A DNA stretch of 64,000 bases, taken from NCBI GenBank assembly GCA_964570365.1, contig CAZMXT010000001.1, forward strand, positions 73,440 to 137,439, read 5' to 3'. Shown piece by piece: positions 9,755 to 20,478 of this stretch; the first letter of the stretch is position 1, and every line of letters begins with the position of its first letter. A program made the position numbers and the translations under genes. This DNA comes from an uncultured Pseudomonadales bacterium. Its GTDB lineage: Bacteria > Patescibacteriota > Microgenomatia > UBA1400 > PJMF01. Under the pieces are notes generated by a model that ran no database searches, was not told the DNA's origin, and worked only from the letters and a program-made list of their open reading frames with translations.

Positions 9755-11290
9755 ATGACCTTTACTTTAGTTATTATCCATTGGAACACCCCAGAGCTTC
9801 TAGAACAACAATTAACGGCACTTCATGATCTTAAGCATGGAGAAGTTATCGTGATTGATAATGCTTCCTCAGCCAGCATTCACTTACTAGAAGAAAGCTT
9901 TCCAAGAGTAAAGTTTATTTACAACCAGATAAATAAGGGCTTTAGCTTTGCTTGTAATCAAGGTTTAAGCCAAGCCACCGGAAACTGGGTCATGTTCCTT
10001 AACTCTGATGTGGAAATTGATGAACCCCGAATTGAGAATATGATCAGGTTTGTTGAGGAGAAAAACCTAGTCGCAGCTTCTCCAGACTTTTCTAACGATG
10101 ACTATAAAAAACCAATCCCGTCTTTTTGGAGTTTGTTCGTTGAGTTTACACCTCTCTCAACATTGATTTCTTTGAGTGAAGCGTCCCCTCTGACCTTAGT
10201 TGGTGGATGCTTACTGATAAAGAAAACCACGTTGCTAGGACTTCAAGGCTGGGATGAGCGGTTTTTCCTCTGGTTTGAAGATTCCGACTTATCTAAGCGC
10301 TTAGTTGAACAGAAACTGCCTTTTGAGTTAATCAAGGATACAGGAATTAACCATATTGGAGGGACCTCTCTTAGAACACTTACTACTCAAGAACAGAGGA
10401 CAATTTTCTTCCTCTCTTTAAGGCTCTATGCAGAAAAATACTTTTCCGGTTTTGGAAGAAATTTTCTGAGCGCTATGACCCAGAAATTTTCCAGTAATAA
10501 ATTACTTCCGTCAGATCCTAAAATAACTGCCAGTATTGTGGTCCCAAACCAAACTAACACTCTCTTAGAGAAATTTCTTCAGCATAATTACCAGTACTTT
10601 GATTTCTCGATGGAAGAACTAATTGTTGTGAGCAGCGCTGAGATATCATGGGACTTAAAAATGACTTACCCCGAAACAATTTTTATACACTCGAAGCAAC
10701 GGCTGGGCTTTGCTGCAGCAGTGAACTTGGGACTAAAACGCAGTCGTGGTTTATACCTTGGCACCGTAAATGATGATGTGACTCTAGAAAAGAACTGGCT
10801 TAAAAAGCTCGTCGCTCACTTCGAAGACAGCACTGCCAGTCTCTCCCCCCTGATTCTTAATAGATCAGGTGAAGTTGAATCACTAGGTATTAATGTATTA
10901 CCGTTTGGCCGGGCAGAGAGATTACGGGAGATCGCACTAGAAAGAAACTCTGATACATTTAATGGGGCATGTGTGATCTTTTGTAGAAAGGCATTAGAAG
11001 AAGTAGGTTTATTTGATGAGAACTTTCAGTCTTACTTAGAAGATATTGATTTAGGCTTACGTTTCAAAAAAGCTGGCTGGATAAACAAGACCGTCAGTCA
11101 AGTAAAAGTACTTCATCTTGGCCAACAAACCTCTCATGACATGGGAGCACAGAAGAACTTTCTGGACTTTCGCAATTGGTGGCTAGTCATGATAAAAAAT
11201 TTTCCAATCAGTCATTGGTTCCAACATCTCTTGCCCATTTTTCTGGAGAGAGGCAGGAACTTGTCAGGCTGGTTAAAAGCTAGAAACTAG
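9755..11290 (+). CDS. Tandem two-domain GT2 glycosyltransferase
   Basis: Two GT-A repeats: IDNAS..NKGFSFACNQG..FLNSD..FEDSD and GFAAAVNLG..VNDD..FDENFQSYLEDID. Confidence 0.9.
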   Translation: MTFTLVIIHWNTPELLEQQLTALHDLKHGEVIVIDNASSASIHLLEESFPRVKFIYNQINKGFSFACNQGLSQATGNWVMFLNSDVEIDEPRIENMIRFVEEKNLVAASPDFSNDDYKKPIPSFWSLFVEFTPLSTLISLSEASPLTLVGGCLLIKKTTLLGLQGWDERFFLWFEDSDLSKRLVEQKLPFELIKDTGINHIGGTSLRTLTTQEQRTIFFLSLRLYAEKYFSGFGRNFLSAMTQKFSSNKLLPSDPKITASIVVPNQTNTLLEKFLQHNYQYFDFSMEELIVVSSAEISWDLKMTYPETIFIHSKQRLGFAAAVNLGLKRSRGLYLGTVNDDVTLEKNWLKKLVAHFEDSTASLSPLILNRSGEVESLGINVLPFGRAERLREIALERNSDTFNGACVIFCRKALEEVGLFDENFQSYLEDIDLGLRFKKAGWINKTVSQVKVLHLGQQTSHDMGAQKNFLDFRNWWLVMIKNFPISHWFQHLLPIFLERGRNLSGWLKARN

Positions 11291-11291
11291 T

Positions 11292-12740
11292 ATGTTGTCA
11301 CCACCCCAAGATAGATACTTTACGCTTGCCTGCTTTTTAACTTTGAGTACTCTGTTTGTCTTCATCCGCTTATTTAATATCTCTAACTCTCTCCTTTACT
11401 TTAATGATATGGGTCGAGATTCTTTGGTATTACTGGAATGGGCTGAAACAGGAAAACCTCCATTATTAGGACCTCAAACAAGTGCATTACCTTTTAACCA
11501 GAGTGCGCTCTACTTCTATCTCCTTTATCCCATCTTTCTACTAACTCACTACTCTAGCTTTTCAGCCGTTCTGACGAATGTAGGTTTTTACCTCGTAACT
11601 TTTGCAACAGCTCTATACATTTCTCGTAAAAATAAAATCCTGACTAAAGTAAGCTTACTAGTTTTTTTCTTGCTTACAATCCATCCCCAGTTTATAATTC
11701 AAAATAGATTTGTTTGGAACCCCTCATTTGTGGGCCCTTCCATTTTGCTTGCCTTTCTCTTTTTTTACAGACTAAAAGAAAAGTTTTCTTTTAAGTATCT
11801 AGCTGCTTTTTCATTAAGCATCGCTGCTGCTACTGCCTTTAGTTACTCAGCTCTTCCAATCCTTTTAGCCTTTGGGGTAGCCAGCATTGTCTACTTCCGA
11901 GTTCGTTCATTCATAATAGGAGCTACGACTGCTATGGCTTTGGGGATTGTGAATTTGCCCACTATTTTCTTTGAACTCAGACATGGCTTTGTACTGACTC
12001 AGATGATGCTTACTAGAGAGAAACTTGCTCAGTCTGGTGCTGGCTTTTCACCACAACTGAGAGATCTAATCAGATACTCTCTATCGACCTCCAACGGTCA
12101 ACTTAATATTTTTGTAGTCTTTTTATTTGTCACTGCACTCATCATTTCATATTTTATTTTTCGTCGCCAAAAAGAGAGTTCAGCGCAAGAGAGTATTTTT
12201 CAGGTGGCTTTTTTAGTATTTAGTCTGGCAGTTGTGTTCACTTTGGTCATCCCAATTGGCATTCACGCTCACTATATATTTGGAGTAGTGACGCTCGGAT
12301 TTATAACTTTGGCAGTCATACCTAATCGGGTCCTAGCCCCACTACTTAGTTTGATAGTACTAGTCTGGCTCTTACCAATAGCGAAAGGCAATTATTTTTT
12401 GCCAGTAAGTCGAACAGTCTTTCAAATGGAAAGTTGTTTTGCCACAATTTGCAATCAAGAAAAAGAAGCCCTGTTTGTGAGCGTTCAATCTGATTTTCAT
12501 CCCTACCATAATGCCCCAGAACATCGATTTCTGCTAAGAAAAGCAGGCTGTAATGTCAAAAATATTGAAGCTAATCCTGAAGCCGCACAGCATATGGTTG
12601 TAGTGTTGGATAGTTCACTCTATGAACACGGTAGGACTACGTATAACGAGCTGAGTATGTTTGGACCAGCAAAGGAACTAAGAAAGTACACCTGCCTGCC
12701 TAACTTTGGAGTAGTATTGCTAGAGAAAAGTTTGGACTAG
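11292..12740 (+). CDS. GT-C glycosyltransferase (ArnT-like; paralog of 45982)
   Basis: DMGRD; LLGPQTS; RFVWNP; multi-TM. Confidence 0.75.
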   Translation: MLSPPQDRYFTLACFLTLSTLFVFIRLFNISNSLLYFNDMGRDSLVLLEWAETGKPPLLGPQTSALPFNQSALYFYLLYPIFLLTHYSSFSAVLTNVGFYLVTFATALYISRKNKILTKVSLLVFFLLTIHPQFIIQNRFVWNPSFVGPSILLAFLFFYRLKEKFSFKYLAAFSLSIAAATAFSYSALPILLAFGVASIVYFRVRSFIIGATTAMALGIVNLPTIFFELRHGFVLTQMMLTREKLAQSGAGFSPQLRDLIRYSLSTSNGQLNIFVVFLFVTALIISYFIFRRQKESSAQESIFQVAFLVFSLAVVFTLVIPIGIHAHYIFGVVTLGFITLAVIPNRVLAPLLSLIVLVWLLPIAKGNYFLPVSRTVFQMESCFATICNQEKEALFVSVQSDFHPYHNAPEHRFLLRKAGCNVKNIEANPEAAQHMVVVLDSSLYEHGRTTYNELSMFGPAKELRKYTCLPNFGVVLLEKSLD

Positions 12741-13657
12741 ATAGACTCGAAGATGCTTAAAAAATACTTTACTGTTTCTTCTAGCCCTTGACGCAACCCA
12801 ACCTGAGCTTTCCAACCCAGTAGTTCTTGCGCCTTGGTCGCATCAGCTACAAGTACTAAAGGATCTCCAGGCCTATTAGGGAAGTTCTTGATCTTAGCCT
12901 TCTTCTCCATAATCTCTTCTAGCAGCTGAATTACTTCAGCCACAGAGGCAGGTTTTTGAGTTGAAAAGTTAAAGTAGTGATACTTATGAGGTTGCTGCTG
13001 CGAAAATTCTAGCCCCCTGATATGTCCTGATACTATATCGTCTATGTGAATAAAGTCACGACGATGCTCACCACTTCCCCAGACAGTGACCTCTTCTCCC
13101 TTATAAATCTGTTTGATGAACCTTGGTATGGCGTGAGTTTCAGGTTGGTGATTTTCTTCTGGACCATAAAGATTAAAGTAACGCAAACCCATTCCCGTAA
13201 AACCGTAACTTTCTACATAGGACGACACAAGTCCTTCCATAGCCAACTTGGTCATTCCATAGGGGTTAATTGGAATTGTGCGATCATCTTCAAAAATTGG
13301 AGATCTGAGTGGCTCTCCATACACTGCTGCGCTAGAAGAAAAAATAAAAGTCGAAATATTGTTCTGACGCATCGCCTCGAGTACGGAAACTGTACCTGAA
13401 ATGTTAACGTCCACAAACTTTTGTGGGAACTTGACTGACTCCCCTGCCTCGATTAAGGCTGCTAAGTGAAAAACGGCATCGGCGTCTTTGACTTCTGCCA
13501 GCATTTTTTGAGTATCTTGGATATCTGCAATCACGGCTGGGAACTCTGGATTATCTCTTAAGTCTATGTTCTTTACTTCATGGCCTGCATGTTTCAAAGC
13601 TCTGCACAAATGTTTGCCCAGAAATCCTGAGCCACCTGTTACGATAATTTTTGACAT
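12737..13657 (-). CDS. galE: NAD-dependent sugar epimerase, UDP-glucose 4-epimerase-like
   Basis: TGGSGFLG; FSSSAAVYG; PYGMTK; RYFN; RPGDP; SD-like AAGGAG upstream. Confidence 0.75.
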   Translation of the reverse strand: MSKIIVTGGSGFLGKHLCRALKHAGHEVKNIDLRDNPEFPAVIADIQDTQKMLAEVKDADAVFHLAALIEAGESVKFPQKFVDVNISGTVSVLEAMRQNNISTFIFSSSAAVYGEPLRSPIFEDDRTIPINPYGMTKLAMEGLVSSYVESYGFTGMGLRYFNLYGPEENHQPETHAIPRFIKQIYKGEEVTVWGSGEHRRDFIHIDDIVSGHIRGLEFSQQQPHKYHYFNFSTQKPASVAEVIQLLEEIMEKKAKIKNFPNRPGDPLVLVADATKAQELLGWKAQVGLRQGLEETVKYFLSIFESI

Positions 13658-13666
13658 AGAGACTCC

Positions 13667-14875
13667 TTAAGATACCCAATATCCCTGGATAAATAATACA
13701 GTATTAATCAGTAATAGAATGCACAAAATGCCTAGAAAGCATAGTGTAATCAGTGATTTTTTTGGTAAGAAATGAACGAGGACTAAGAAAATGGGGAAGC
13801 AAACTAATAAAAATCTGGGCATGCTTAAGAAGTTTCCCGTTAAAGTGGGGAGTAAAAATACACCAAGTCCAAAAAATACCCACGACGGTCTTACGTATTT
13901 GGCAGCTAATACTAGTAGAGGAAGCCCTAAAGTACCTGCCAAAAATTCATTCACCACAGTAAAGTACCGCCAGTTAAATGGCCGGAAGGTAAGCAGCGTC
14001 TTGAGCGATCTCCACCAGGTTTGGGGATATGTTATGAAGCCTTCTTGCCTACCCGCTCCAAAATCAGCCTGGACATGCAAAAAGTACAACGGATCTTTAA
14101 ACTCCTGCTGTAGAAAAAACATATAACTCAAAAGTCCTACGCTACTGCACAGAATCAGGACTGCTTGGGGCAATGATTTTTGGAAAAAGCTTTTTATAAG
14201 CTCAACGCTAAGAATTATCTTCTTTTTTTGCTGGCTCTGCTTTTCATAAAATTGAAGAGCAAGTTCAATGAGTAAAGCCGGAATCAAGAAGATTCCTACC
14301 ACCCGGGTAGCAGCAGCCAACATCGCAAAAAGACTAGCTCTAAACCACCAGCCCTTTCTGGCTGTATAAAATGAGCTAATAACTAATAAGAGAAATAATG
14401 ACTCAGTATAAAGAGCCCCTAAGAAAAAAGCTGTCGGGAAGAGAAAGAGTAGTAAGACTGCAAGCCATGCTTTATCTTTATCAAAAAATTCTTTGACAAA
14501 TGCATACCATACCCAAGCCAATAACAAACTAAAAACATTTGTTAGGACTAAACCACCTGCCAAAGAAATTAAGCTGGAGCCAAAGGTAAGATGCAAGAAA
14601 CCCAATATAATGTAGGGAAACAAAGGGAAAAAAGCCTGAACTAAACCGAACCCCACATATCCTTCAGCAGCAATCGTTAGATAATGAACTCCATCAAAGT
14701 TTGCCCAACTAAAAAGCCAACGAGGTAAATGTGTGCTTGGCAAAATAGTATCAAAGTAAGGAAACGATGGCTGATAAAGTAAAAAGCTGTCAGCAAAAAA
14801 ACTTAAACCAAATAGAGTTACCCGCCATATAATAAAAAAAAGGGTGATGAGAGCCAGCTCTTTTTTACTAAGCAT
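13667..14875 (-). CDS. PIG-V-like (GT76) polyprenol-phosphate-mannose mannosyltransferase
   Basis: WANFDGVHYLTIA..GY; AFFPLFP; YTESLFL; TRVVG; SMPRF. Confidence 0.85.
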   Translation of the reverse strand: MLSKKELALITLFFIIWRVTLFGLSFFADSFLLYQPSFPYFDTILPSTHLPRWLFSWANFDGVHYLTIAAEGYVGFGLVQAFFPLFPYIILGFLHLTFGSSLISLAGGLVLTNVFSLLLAWVWYAFVKEFFDKDKAWLAVLLLFLFPTAFFLGALYTESLFLLLVISSFYTARKGWWFRASLFAMLAAATRVVGIFLIPALLIELALQFYEKQSQQKKKIILSVELIKSFFQKSLPQAVLILCSSVGLLSYMFFLQQEFKDPLYFLHVQADFGAGRQEGFITYPQTWWRSLKTLLTFRPFNWRYFTVVNEFLAGTLGLPLLVLAAKYVRPSWVFFGLGVFLLPTLTGNFLSMPRFLLVCFPIFLVLVHFLPKKSLITLCFLGILCILLLINTVLFIQGYWVS

Positions 14876-16565
14876 TTATGATTTTTCTTCTAAACTGACT
14901 GATGCCACAGAGCGCTATTGCGATCAGAGTAAGTCCACTTGCTGAGTTCCCGATCAAACGCGGCCAAGTCCGTTGAGTGAAGCGTGTTTGAACTTGGTAC
15001 TGACCGGCTGGTAAAGTATATGCGAGCCTTCCTTTTATTTGTTCATTATTACTATAGCTCAGCTTGAGCCAACTCTGAACACCCACAGCTTTGACTCTTG
15101 TCTCCCAACCTGGGAAGTTCATAGTTGGCTCAGTTACTATTGAAGGCTCGGTTAACTGAAGTTCATAGTTACGATATGACCCCTTCCAGTTGTACACATT
15201 GATACTGCCTTTCCCCTCCAGTAAAGTAGGTGCTGGACTCCAGTCCGATATCTCGGTGTAGGTAAAGTTTTGAGGCAAGTTTTCGTTAGCTGTAGTTGTA
15301 CTTTGAGGAAAGTTATCATAACCAACAGACTCTTTATGAAAGTACGATACTGCCTCCACTCTAGTAAAAGTTAGGAGTTGAAGTAGTAATAGAATAACAA
15401 AGCAACTTTTTCCCCATTTTCCTAGTTGCTGATACACAAATGCAGCTAATGGAATCAAAAATACCACTAAGAATAAAGTTAACCGCCAAGGAAATTGTAT
15501 AAAATTAGCTAAGGGAACCAGCTGCCAAATCATTGCACTGAATTGAAGCTGCGCAACTAGAAGAATCCAAGCTATTCCTGTGCAAAAAAGCAGAGTTCTT
15601 TTACCATGCAGAGGAATTTTTTTCCAGATCTTAATTCCGATTACCTCAGTTGCTGCTACCAAAACAAAGAATTGGAGTAATCCAACGCTAAATGCTGCTG
15701 AGTCAATCCTCCCAGGATAAGAGAAACCAGACTTTAGTGGTGAAAAAAGGAGCTGTTTTAGAGTTGGGAAATGTTGCAAAAACCCTTGTGATATTCCCGC
15801 CCCATTAATCACTGTATATTTTTGCTCTAATAATGCTGGCAGCCAAAACCAAAGAGAAAGCAGACCTGCTAAGACAAGAACAATACTAAAATTACTCCAC
15901 ATCTTGGTTTTTTTTCCAAACCTCAACAACCCATAGGTGAACAGGAGCGGTGTCCCAAACAGAACAGTCACATTATGGGAAAGAAAAAATGCGGCTAAAA
16001 GGAAAACCAAAATAAGTTCAAACTTGAGACCTGGTGTCTTTGCCTTCTGAGCAATAGTGTCAATTCCAAGTAAGAGCCAAGGAAACAAGCTCAAAGCTAG
16101 TATCTCACCAATACTGCCACGGAAAAAAAATAACTGCAAAATATATGGGCTGGCAGCGAAGACTCCAATCCCAAAACGTCGGCTAGAAAGGTCAAATCCT
16201 AGCAGCTTTAACCAAAACCAAGCTCCAATCAAACCACTCACAATTGCTGTAGCAGCAAGTATTTTAAAAGTCAGCTCATACGAGACTTTGGCAAAAGAAA
16301 AAGGCAGTGACAGAATATTGGCTAACGGATAATTAAAGTTAAACACCGGATATCCGTAGTGATTCATAAGATTGGGAGCAAAACGAGGTGGAAACTGACC
16401 CTCACGCACCGCCGCCTTATAGTTCGCAAAACGAGCTAAGTGGTTCTCCCCATCGTGGGTAGTAGGAAAATCTGAGTGGAGAAAAACACGAGTAACAAAG
16501 AAAGCTAAAAATACAATCCAGCCAATAGTGGTGAGCATAGATTTAGCTAAAAGTTTTTTACGCAT
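14868..16565 (-). CDS. GT-C membrane protein ('PTPS-related'/YfhO-like family)
   Basis: THDGENHLAR..GQFPPRFA..YGYP; RG..GE; IQFPWR; FPGW; C-terminal TM. Confidence 0.8.
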   Translation of the reverse strand: MRKKLLAKSMLTTIGWIVFLAFFVTRVFLHSDFPTTHDGENHLARFANYKAAVREGQFPPRFAPNLMNHYGYPVFNFNYPLANILSLPFSFAKVSYELTFKILAATAIVSGLIGAWFWLKLLGFDLSSRRFGIGVFAASPYILQLFFFRGSIGEILALSLFPWLLLGIDTIAQKAKTPGLKFELILVFLLAAFFLSHNVTVLFGTPLLFTYGLLRFGKKTKMWSNFSIVLVLAGLLSLWFWLPALLEQKYTVINGAGISQGFLQHFPTLKQLLFSPLKSGFSYPGRIDSAAFSVGLLQFFVLVAATEVIGIKIWKKIPLHGKRTLLFCTGIAWILLVAQLQFSAMIWQLVPLANFIQFPWRLTLFLVVFLIPLAAFVYQQLGKWGKSCFVILLLLQLLTFTRVEAVSYFHKESVGYDNFPQSTTTANENLPQNFTYTEISDWSPAPTLLEGKGSINVYNWKGSYRNYELQLTEPSIVTEPTMNFPGWETRVKAVGVQSWLKLSYSNNEQIKGRLAYTLPAGQYQVQTRFTQRTWPRLIGNSASGLTLIAIALCGISQFRRKIINA

Positions 16566-16571
16566 CTTGGT

Positions 16572-17660
16572 CTATTTGCTTGGAAAAAGCGAGTGATAAA
16601 CCTTAACTGTTTCTAGTGCGGTCTTTGCCCAACTGAACTCTTTACTCCATTTATAACCAGCTCTGACTCTTTCTTCTCTGCGAGTTTTCGACCAGCTCAG
16701 CACTTGTTTAATACCATTAGCTAATGACTCCGCATCATCTTCAACATACTCTGCCACTTCACCCCCTACTTCAACAAGTGACGAACTTCTGACTGCCACC
16801 ACGGGCGTGCGACACTGCATTGCTTCTAAAATTGGCAAGCCAAAACCTTCATAGAGTGATGGCTGGACATAGACTTGAGCACCAGCATAAACAGCAGCCA
16901 ATTCATTCGTAGCAGCAGCTGAAAGTTCAGTCAAGAAGTGAACTCTGTCAAGGACGTTACTCAGAGCTAGTTGAGTTTCAATGGCTTTCCATTCTGGAAT
17001 ATCTTGTGGAATAAAGTTTCGACCTACACATACTAAGTGAAGATGAGGCGGAAAGTACTTCATGGCCTTAATGAGTTGAGGAATATTCTTATTGTAATTA
17101 ATATCTCCCACATACAACACATACTCTTTGGGCAGTTGGTATTTCTTCATTGTCGTTAGAAGCACTTTTTCTTCAGGCTGTTGGAGCTCTGGATTAGCCG
17201 CTAAGTACACAACGTGAATCTTCTCCCTTCTGATATGTAAGTGTTTCACAATATCCTCTTTTGAACTCAACGAATCTGTGATAATCGCATCAGCTTTTCG
17301 TAGCGACAGCAACTGTCTAAAAAAGGTAAGCTTGCCTTTTTTTCCTGGAGGATACTGCTTAGGAAACTTCAAGGGGATTACATCATGAACTGTAACCACA
17401 CTTTTGGAACCTCTAAAAAATGGTAGAGTAGGAAAAAATAAATCAAAGTATGGGTAATGAACTAGGCTTTGCGATCCAGCTACCTTTGCTTTTAAAATCT
17501 TTTGAGATTTGCGCTCTGCAGAACTTTCTAACTGAATTACTTTCAAGTTATTTACTTGCTCTAGTTCTGCCGCTAAAAAACGCGTATACATGCCAACGCC
17601 TCTGCCGGAGTTTTCATTCACAAGCGGAGAAGTGTCAAGAAAGATGGTGATCTCGTTCAT
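16572..17660 (-). CDS. GT4 (GT-B) glycosyltransferase, mannosyltransferase-like
   Basis: RGVGMY; TVHDVIP; KNIP; PSLYEGFGLPILEAM (Ex7E). Confidence 0.92.
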   Translation of the reverse strand: MNEITIFLDTSPLVNENSGRGVGMYTRFLAAELEQVNNLKVIQLESSAERKSQKILKAKVAGSQSLVHYPYFDLFFPTLPFFRGSKSVVTVHDVIPLKFPKQYPPGKKGKLTFFRQLLSLRKADAIITDSLSSKEDIVKHLHIRREKIHVVYLAANPELQQPEEKVLLTTMKKYQLPKEYVLYVGDINYNKNIPQLIKAMKYFPPHLHLVCVGRNFIPQDIPEWKAIETQLALSNVLDRVHFLTELSAAATNELAAVYAGAQVYVQPSLYEGFGLPILEAMQCRTPVVAVRSSSLVEVGGEVAEYVEDDAESLANGIKQVLSWSKTRREERVRAGYKWSKEFSWAKTALETVKVYHSLFPSK

Positions 17661-18429
17661 AAATTTCCCATAACTTTAAGTACGCTACAGCATGATGCAA
17701 TCCACTAAAAATAGCAAAAACAAACCCCGCTGCTCCATCAAGTAAGCCTTTGTGCCGGAAAAAGATCATAAGAAAAGTAAAGACTGGCTTCCAAATCAAG
17801 AACTGAGCTGCCGTCAAAATATTCACCTTCGTACCAAGCTCTTTTAGTTGAGTACTTTTGAAGGTGGTATATGTGTTGAACTTGCGAAGGTACTCACTAA
17901 AGTTATGGTTACCATAATGAAGTAGGTGACCCTTTGCCCAAGCAACTTCCCCTTTTACTACCATTTGTTCATGCACGTCTTTCTGAGGAAGCTTGGCGAG
18001 TCCTTTTCGGTACAAACGAATTACCGCATCCGGATACTGACCTCCTTTAGAAAGAAACCTCCCTAAGAACCAGTTCTTCCGTTTAATCCACCACCCAGCT
18101 GGAAGGGCTGACTCAGATGAAGGTTTTTGAATCTCCTGATGAAGCACCTGAATGAATGCAGCCAATTCATCATCTACTACTTCGTCGGCATCTAACTGCA
18201 GAATCAAGTCGCCAGTTGCTAAGTCCATTGCTTGTTGCTTATTAATATGAAAGTTTGCTTTATTGGTGGTGGCCGTAACTTTAGCACCCAACTTTTCTGC
18301 CAACTCTACTGTTTTATCCTCAGACTCTCCGTCTACCACAATAATTTCATCTGCAAAACTTTTGACTGCGAGGAGACAGCGTGTAATATTTTTTTCTTCA
18401 TTGTGGGTAGCAAGGACGACTGAGATCAT
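17635..18429 (-). CDS. GT2 glycosyltransferase (WaaE/KdtX-like)
   Basis: ADEIIVVDGESED; LDADE; YPD..RL; VHE. Confidence 0.9.
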   Translation of the reverse strand: MISVVLATHNEEKNITRCLLAVKSFADEIIVVDGESEDKTVELAEKLGAKVTATTNKANFHINKQQAMDLATGDLILQLDADEVVDDELAAFIQVLHQEIQKPSSESALPAGWWIKRKNWFLGRFLSKGGQYPDAVIRLYRKGLAKLPQKDVHEQMVVKGEVAWAKGHLLHYGNHNFSEYLRKFNTYTTFKSTQLKELGTKVNILTAAQFLIWKPVFTFLMIFFRHKGLLDGAAGFVFAIFSGLHHAVAYLKLWEIYERDHHLS

Positions 18430-18854
18430 AGTGACGGTAACGCTCCAAACTTACGAAGGGTTCTCTCTGTGCCTGTATTCAGATCATACTTCTGCAAATC
18501 ATCAGACTTTACCCAAGCAAAATCCACCCACTCATCATTAAGCTGAACACTTCCTTCAACACTCACATCAAAGTAGAGGTAAATTAAGTACTGTTCCTCT
18601 GTTGTCCCATCACGAAACTTTTTAAGTTTTTGATCGTCTGCAAAAAAAAGCGGTGAGAGTGTTTTTACATATAAAGCAGACTCTTCCCAAATCTCTCTTT
18701 TTAAAGCTTCCTCCACTGTTTCATTGTCTTCTACACCTCCACCAACTAAACCCCATTGTCCAGGAAAAACCCCATGGTCATTGGACATCTTACAGAGTAA
18801 GAACTCCCCTGCCTGATTTCTAATGACACCAACTGCAATTAAACGTCTGAGCAT
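18426..18854 (-). CDS. nudI: Nudix nucleoside triphosphatase, NudI-like
   Basis: LLCKM..D.GVFPGQW..GGGVE..EEALKREI.EE; IYL.FD; WVK..DL..YDLN..T..TL. This closely resembles E. coli NudI as I recall it. Confidence 0.8.
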   Translation of the reverse strand: MLRRLIAVGVIRNQAGEFLLCKMSNDHGVFPGQWGLVGGGVEDNETVEEALKREIWEESALYVKTLSPLFFADDQKLKKFRDGTTEEQYLIYLYFDVSVEGSVQLNDEWVDFAWVKSDDLQKYDLNTGTERTLRKFGALPSL

Positions 18855-18864
18855 AATTTTTTCT

Positions 18865-20478
18865 TTATAGAACCTTCACTTCCCAAGCATCCTGTTCTTT
18901 ATTCCACTCCACAATCACCGTTTCGTCCGGGAATCGGTCCGGAGTAGCTGCTATAAATCTATAGCGCCCCACCTTATAACCATACCTGAAACCTATTGTA
19001 TCAGGCAAGTGTCTTTGTATCGTAGTAAAGAAGGTTTCTGCAGACATTTTTTTGTACCACGCTGCGGAAATATATTGGTAGCCACTTTCGTCTACAATCG
19101 CAATTTTCCTGCCTTCAGCTTGAGTTTCTGCTTGGACCAAGGCAGCTGCAAACCCTGCCTTTAAGACCTTTGCACTTTGTTGGGGATAGGCAGTAAAGTA
19201 ATCGTTAAAGTAGCTCACAGCTTGGAAAAGCAGCACAACTGACACTAGTGCGGTTAACACATGCTTTTTAGTGAGAAACTGTAGCTGGGAATTTCTTTCT
19301 AGTACCCGCCAAGTCCAGCAAAGACCTTCTACTGCTATCAATACCCAGAAAAAGAAAAAGCCCAAACTCCGAGTGGCATGTGGTGCATCTACTGTTATAA
19401 CAGCTGGGAGGGGTGTAACCAATAAAAAGAAGAGCAGTAAGGCAGGAACCTTTGCTGAAATAGATTTCTTTTGTTGCAACGCTAGCAAGCATCTAGCCAC
19501 TGACCAGGTGATTCCCACCCAACCGAAAACATACACTATGGGTAGCAAGTGGCCATGAAAGGCAATTGTATGCCAAGGATGCCCACCACCTTCTCTAACT
19601 AAAAATTGAGCGCCAAATGTCGCTCGGTAGTTACTAACCACTTTTTGACCAAAGAAAAAAAACTTACTTCCGACTAACTTTTGGCTGAATCCACTTAGCT
19701 GACCTCTGTACTTGGTGTACTCCATCCAAGTGGATTCGTCAGAGAAAATAGTAATTCCACTCTTTTGTTGAGAGAGAGAGGCAAAAGAAACTAGTCCAAT
19801 TGCTAACACCAGTAGTAAGCCCGCGATAGGCAACCTCCATTTTGAGAACTGCCTATAACCTCGCCAGAAAATGATTGTTGGAACTAGAAAGGGTGCCAGT
19901 AATAGTGGTGTGTTGTAGACAAAAACTGAGCTCAAAATGAAAGTAATACCTAAAAAATCAATAATGAATCTTTTATTTGAGTGCTGTATTAGTAAGAGGA
20001 GTACGCCGGTTAAAAAAAGACTCAAAGCCACATTTGCTTCCCAAGCCATTCGAGAGTAGAAAAAGAATACTGGCTGAGTAGCTATCAGCACTGCTACCAG
20101 CAAACTGTATTTTTTTGAAAAGCCGAGAACTCTAAACGAAAACAGGTATCCAATTAACACCAAGGCTGTCCCAGCAACTACCGAAGGCAACCTCACTACT
20201 AAATCTGAAGTCCCAAAGACTGAAAAAAAGGCAACTAGGATAAATGGATAGCCCGGCAGTTTGTAGTCACCAAAAGACTTCAAGCTCAGCGGCCACGACA
20301 TCCCCCACTCATCCGTCCCTGTCCCTTTTAAAAGTAAGGCATTGTAGGCTAAGGCCGCTTCATCTCTATTTAAAGTAGCAGGTAAAGTAGACGCTCCCCA
20401 GATTCGAACTAAAAAAGCCATGCACAGAATGAGCGAAAGTAAAAATGAAGGAGGAAGTTTTTTAATCATATGTGACAA
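18865..20478 (-). CDS. GT-C glycosyltransferase (PMT_2/GT83-like), tandem paralog 1
   Basis: RDEAALAYNA..TGTDEWG..WP..SFGDYKLP; SR.AWE; PHATR. Confidence 0.85.
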   Translation of the reverse strand: MSHMIKKLPPSFLLSLILCMAFLVRIWGASTLPATLNRDEAALAYNALLLKGTGTDEWGMSWPLSLKSFGDYKLPGYPFILVAFFSVFGTSDLVVRLPSVVAGTALVLIGYLFSFRVLGFSKKYSLLVAVLIATQPVFFFYSRMAWEANVALSLFLTGVLLLLIQHSNKRFIIDFLGITFILSSVFVYNTPLLLAPFLVPTIIFWRGYRQFSKWRLPIAGLLLVLAIGLVSFASLSQQKSGITIFSDESTWMEYTKYRGQLSGFSQKLVGSKFFFFGQKVVSNYRATFGAQFLVREGGGHPWHTIAFHGHLLPIVYVFGWVGITWSVARCLLALQQKKSISAKVPALLLFFLLVTPLPAVITVDAPHATRSLGFFFFWVLIAVEGLCWTWRVLERNSQLQFLTKKHVLTALVSVVLLFQAVSYFNDYFTAYPQQSAKVLKAGFAAALVQAETQAEGRKIAIVDESGYQYISAAWYKKMSAETFFTTIQRHLPDTIGFRYGYKVGRYRFIAATPDRFPDETVIVEWNKEQDAWEVKVL

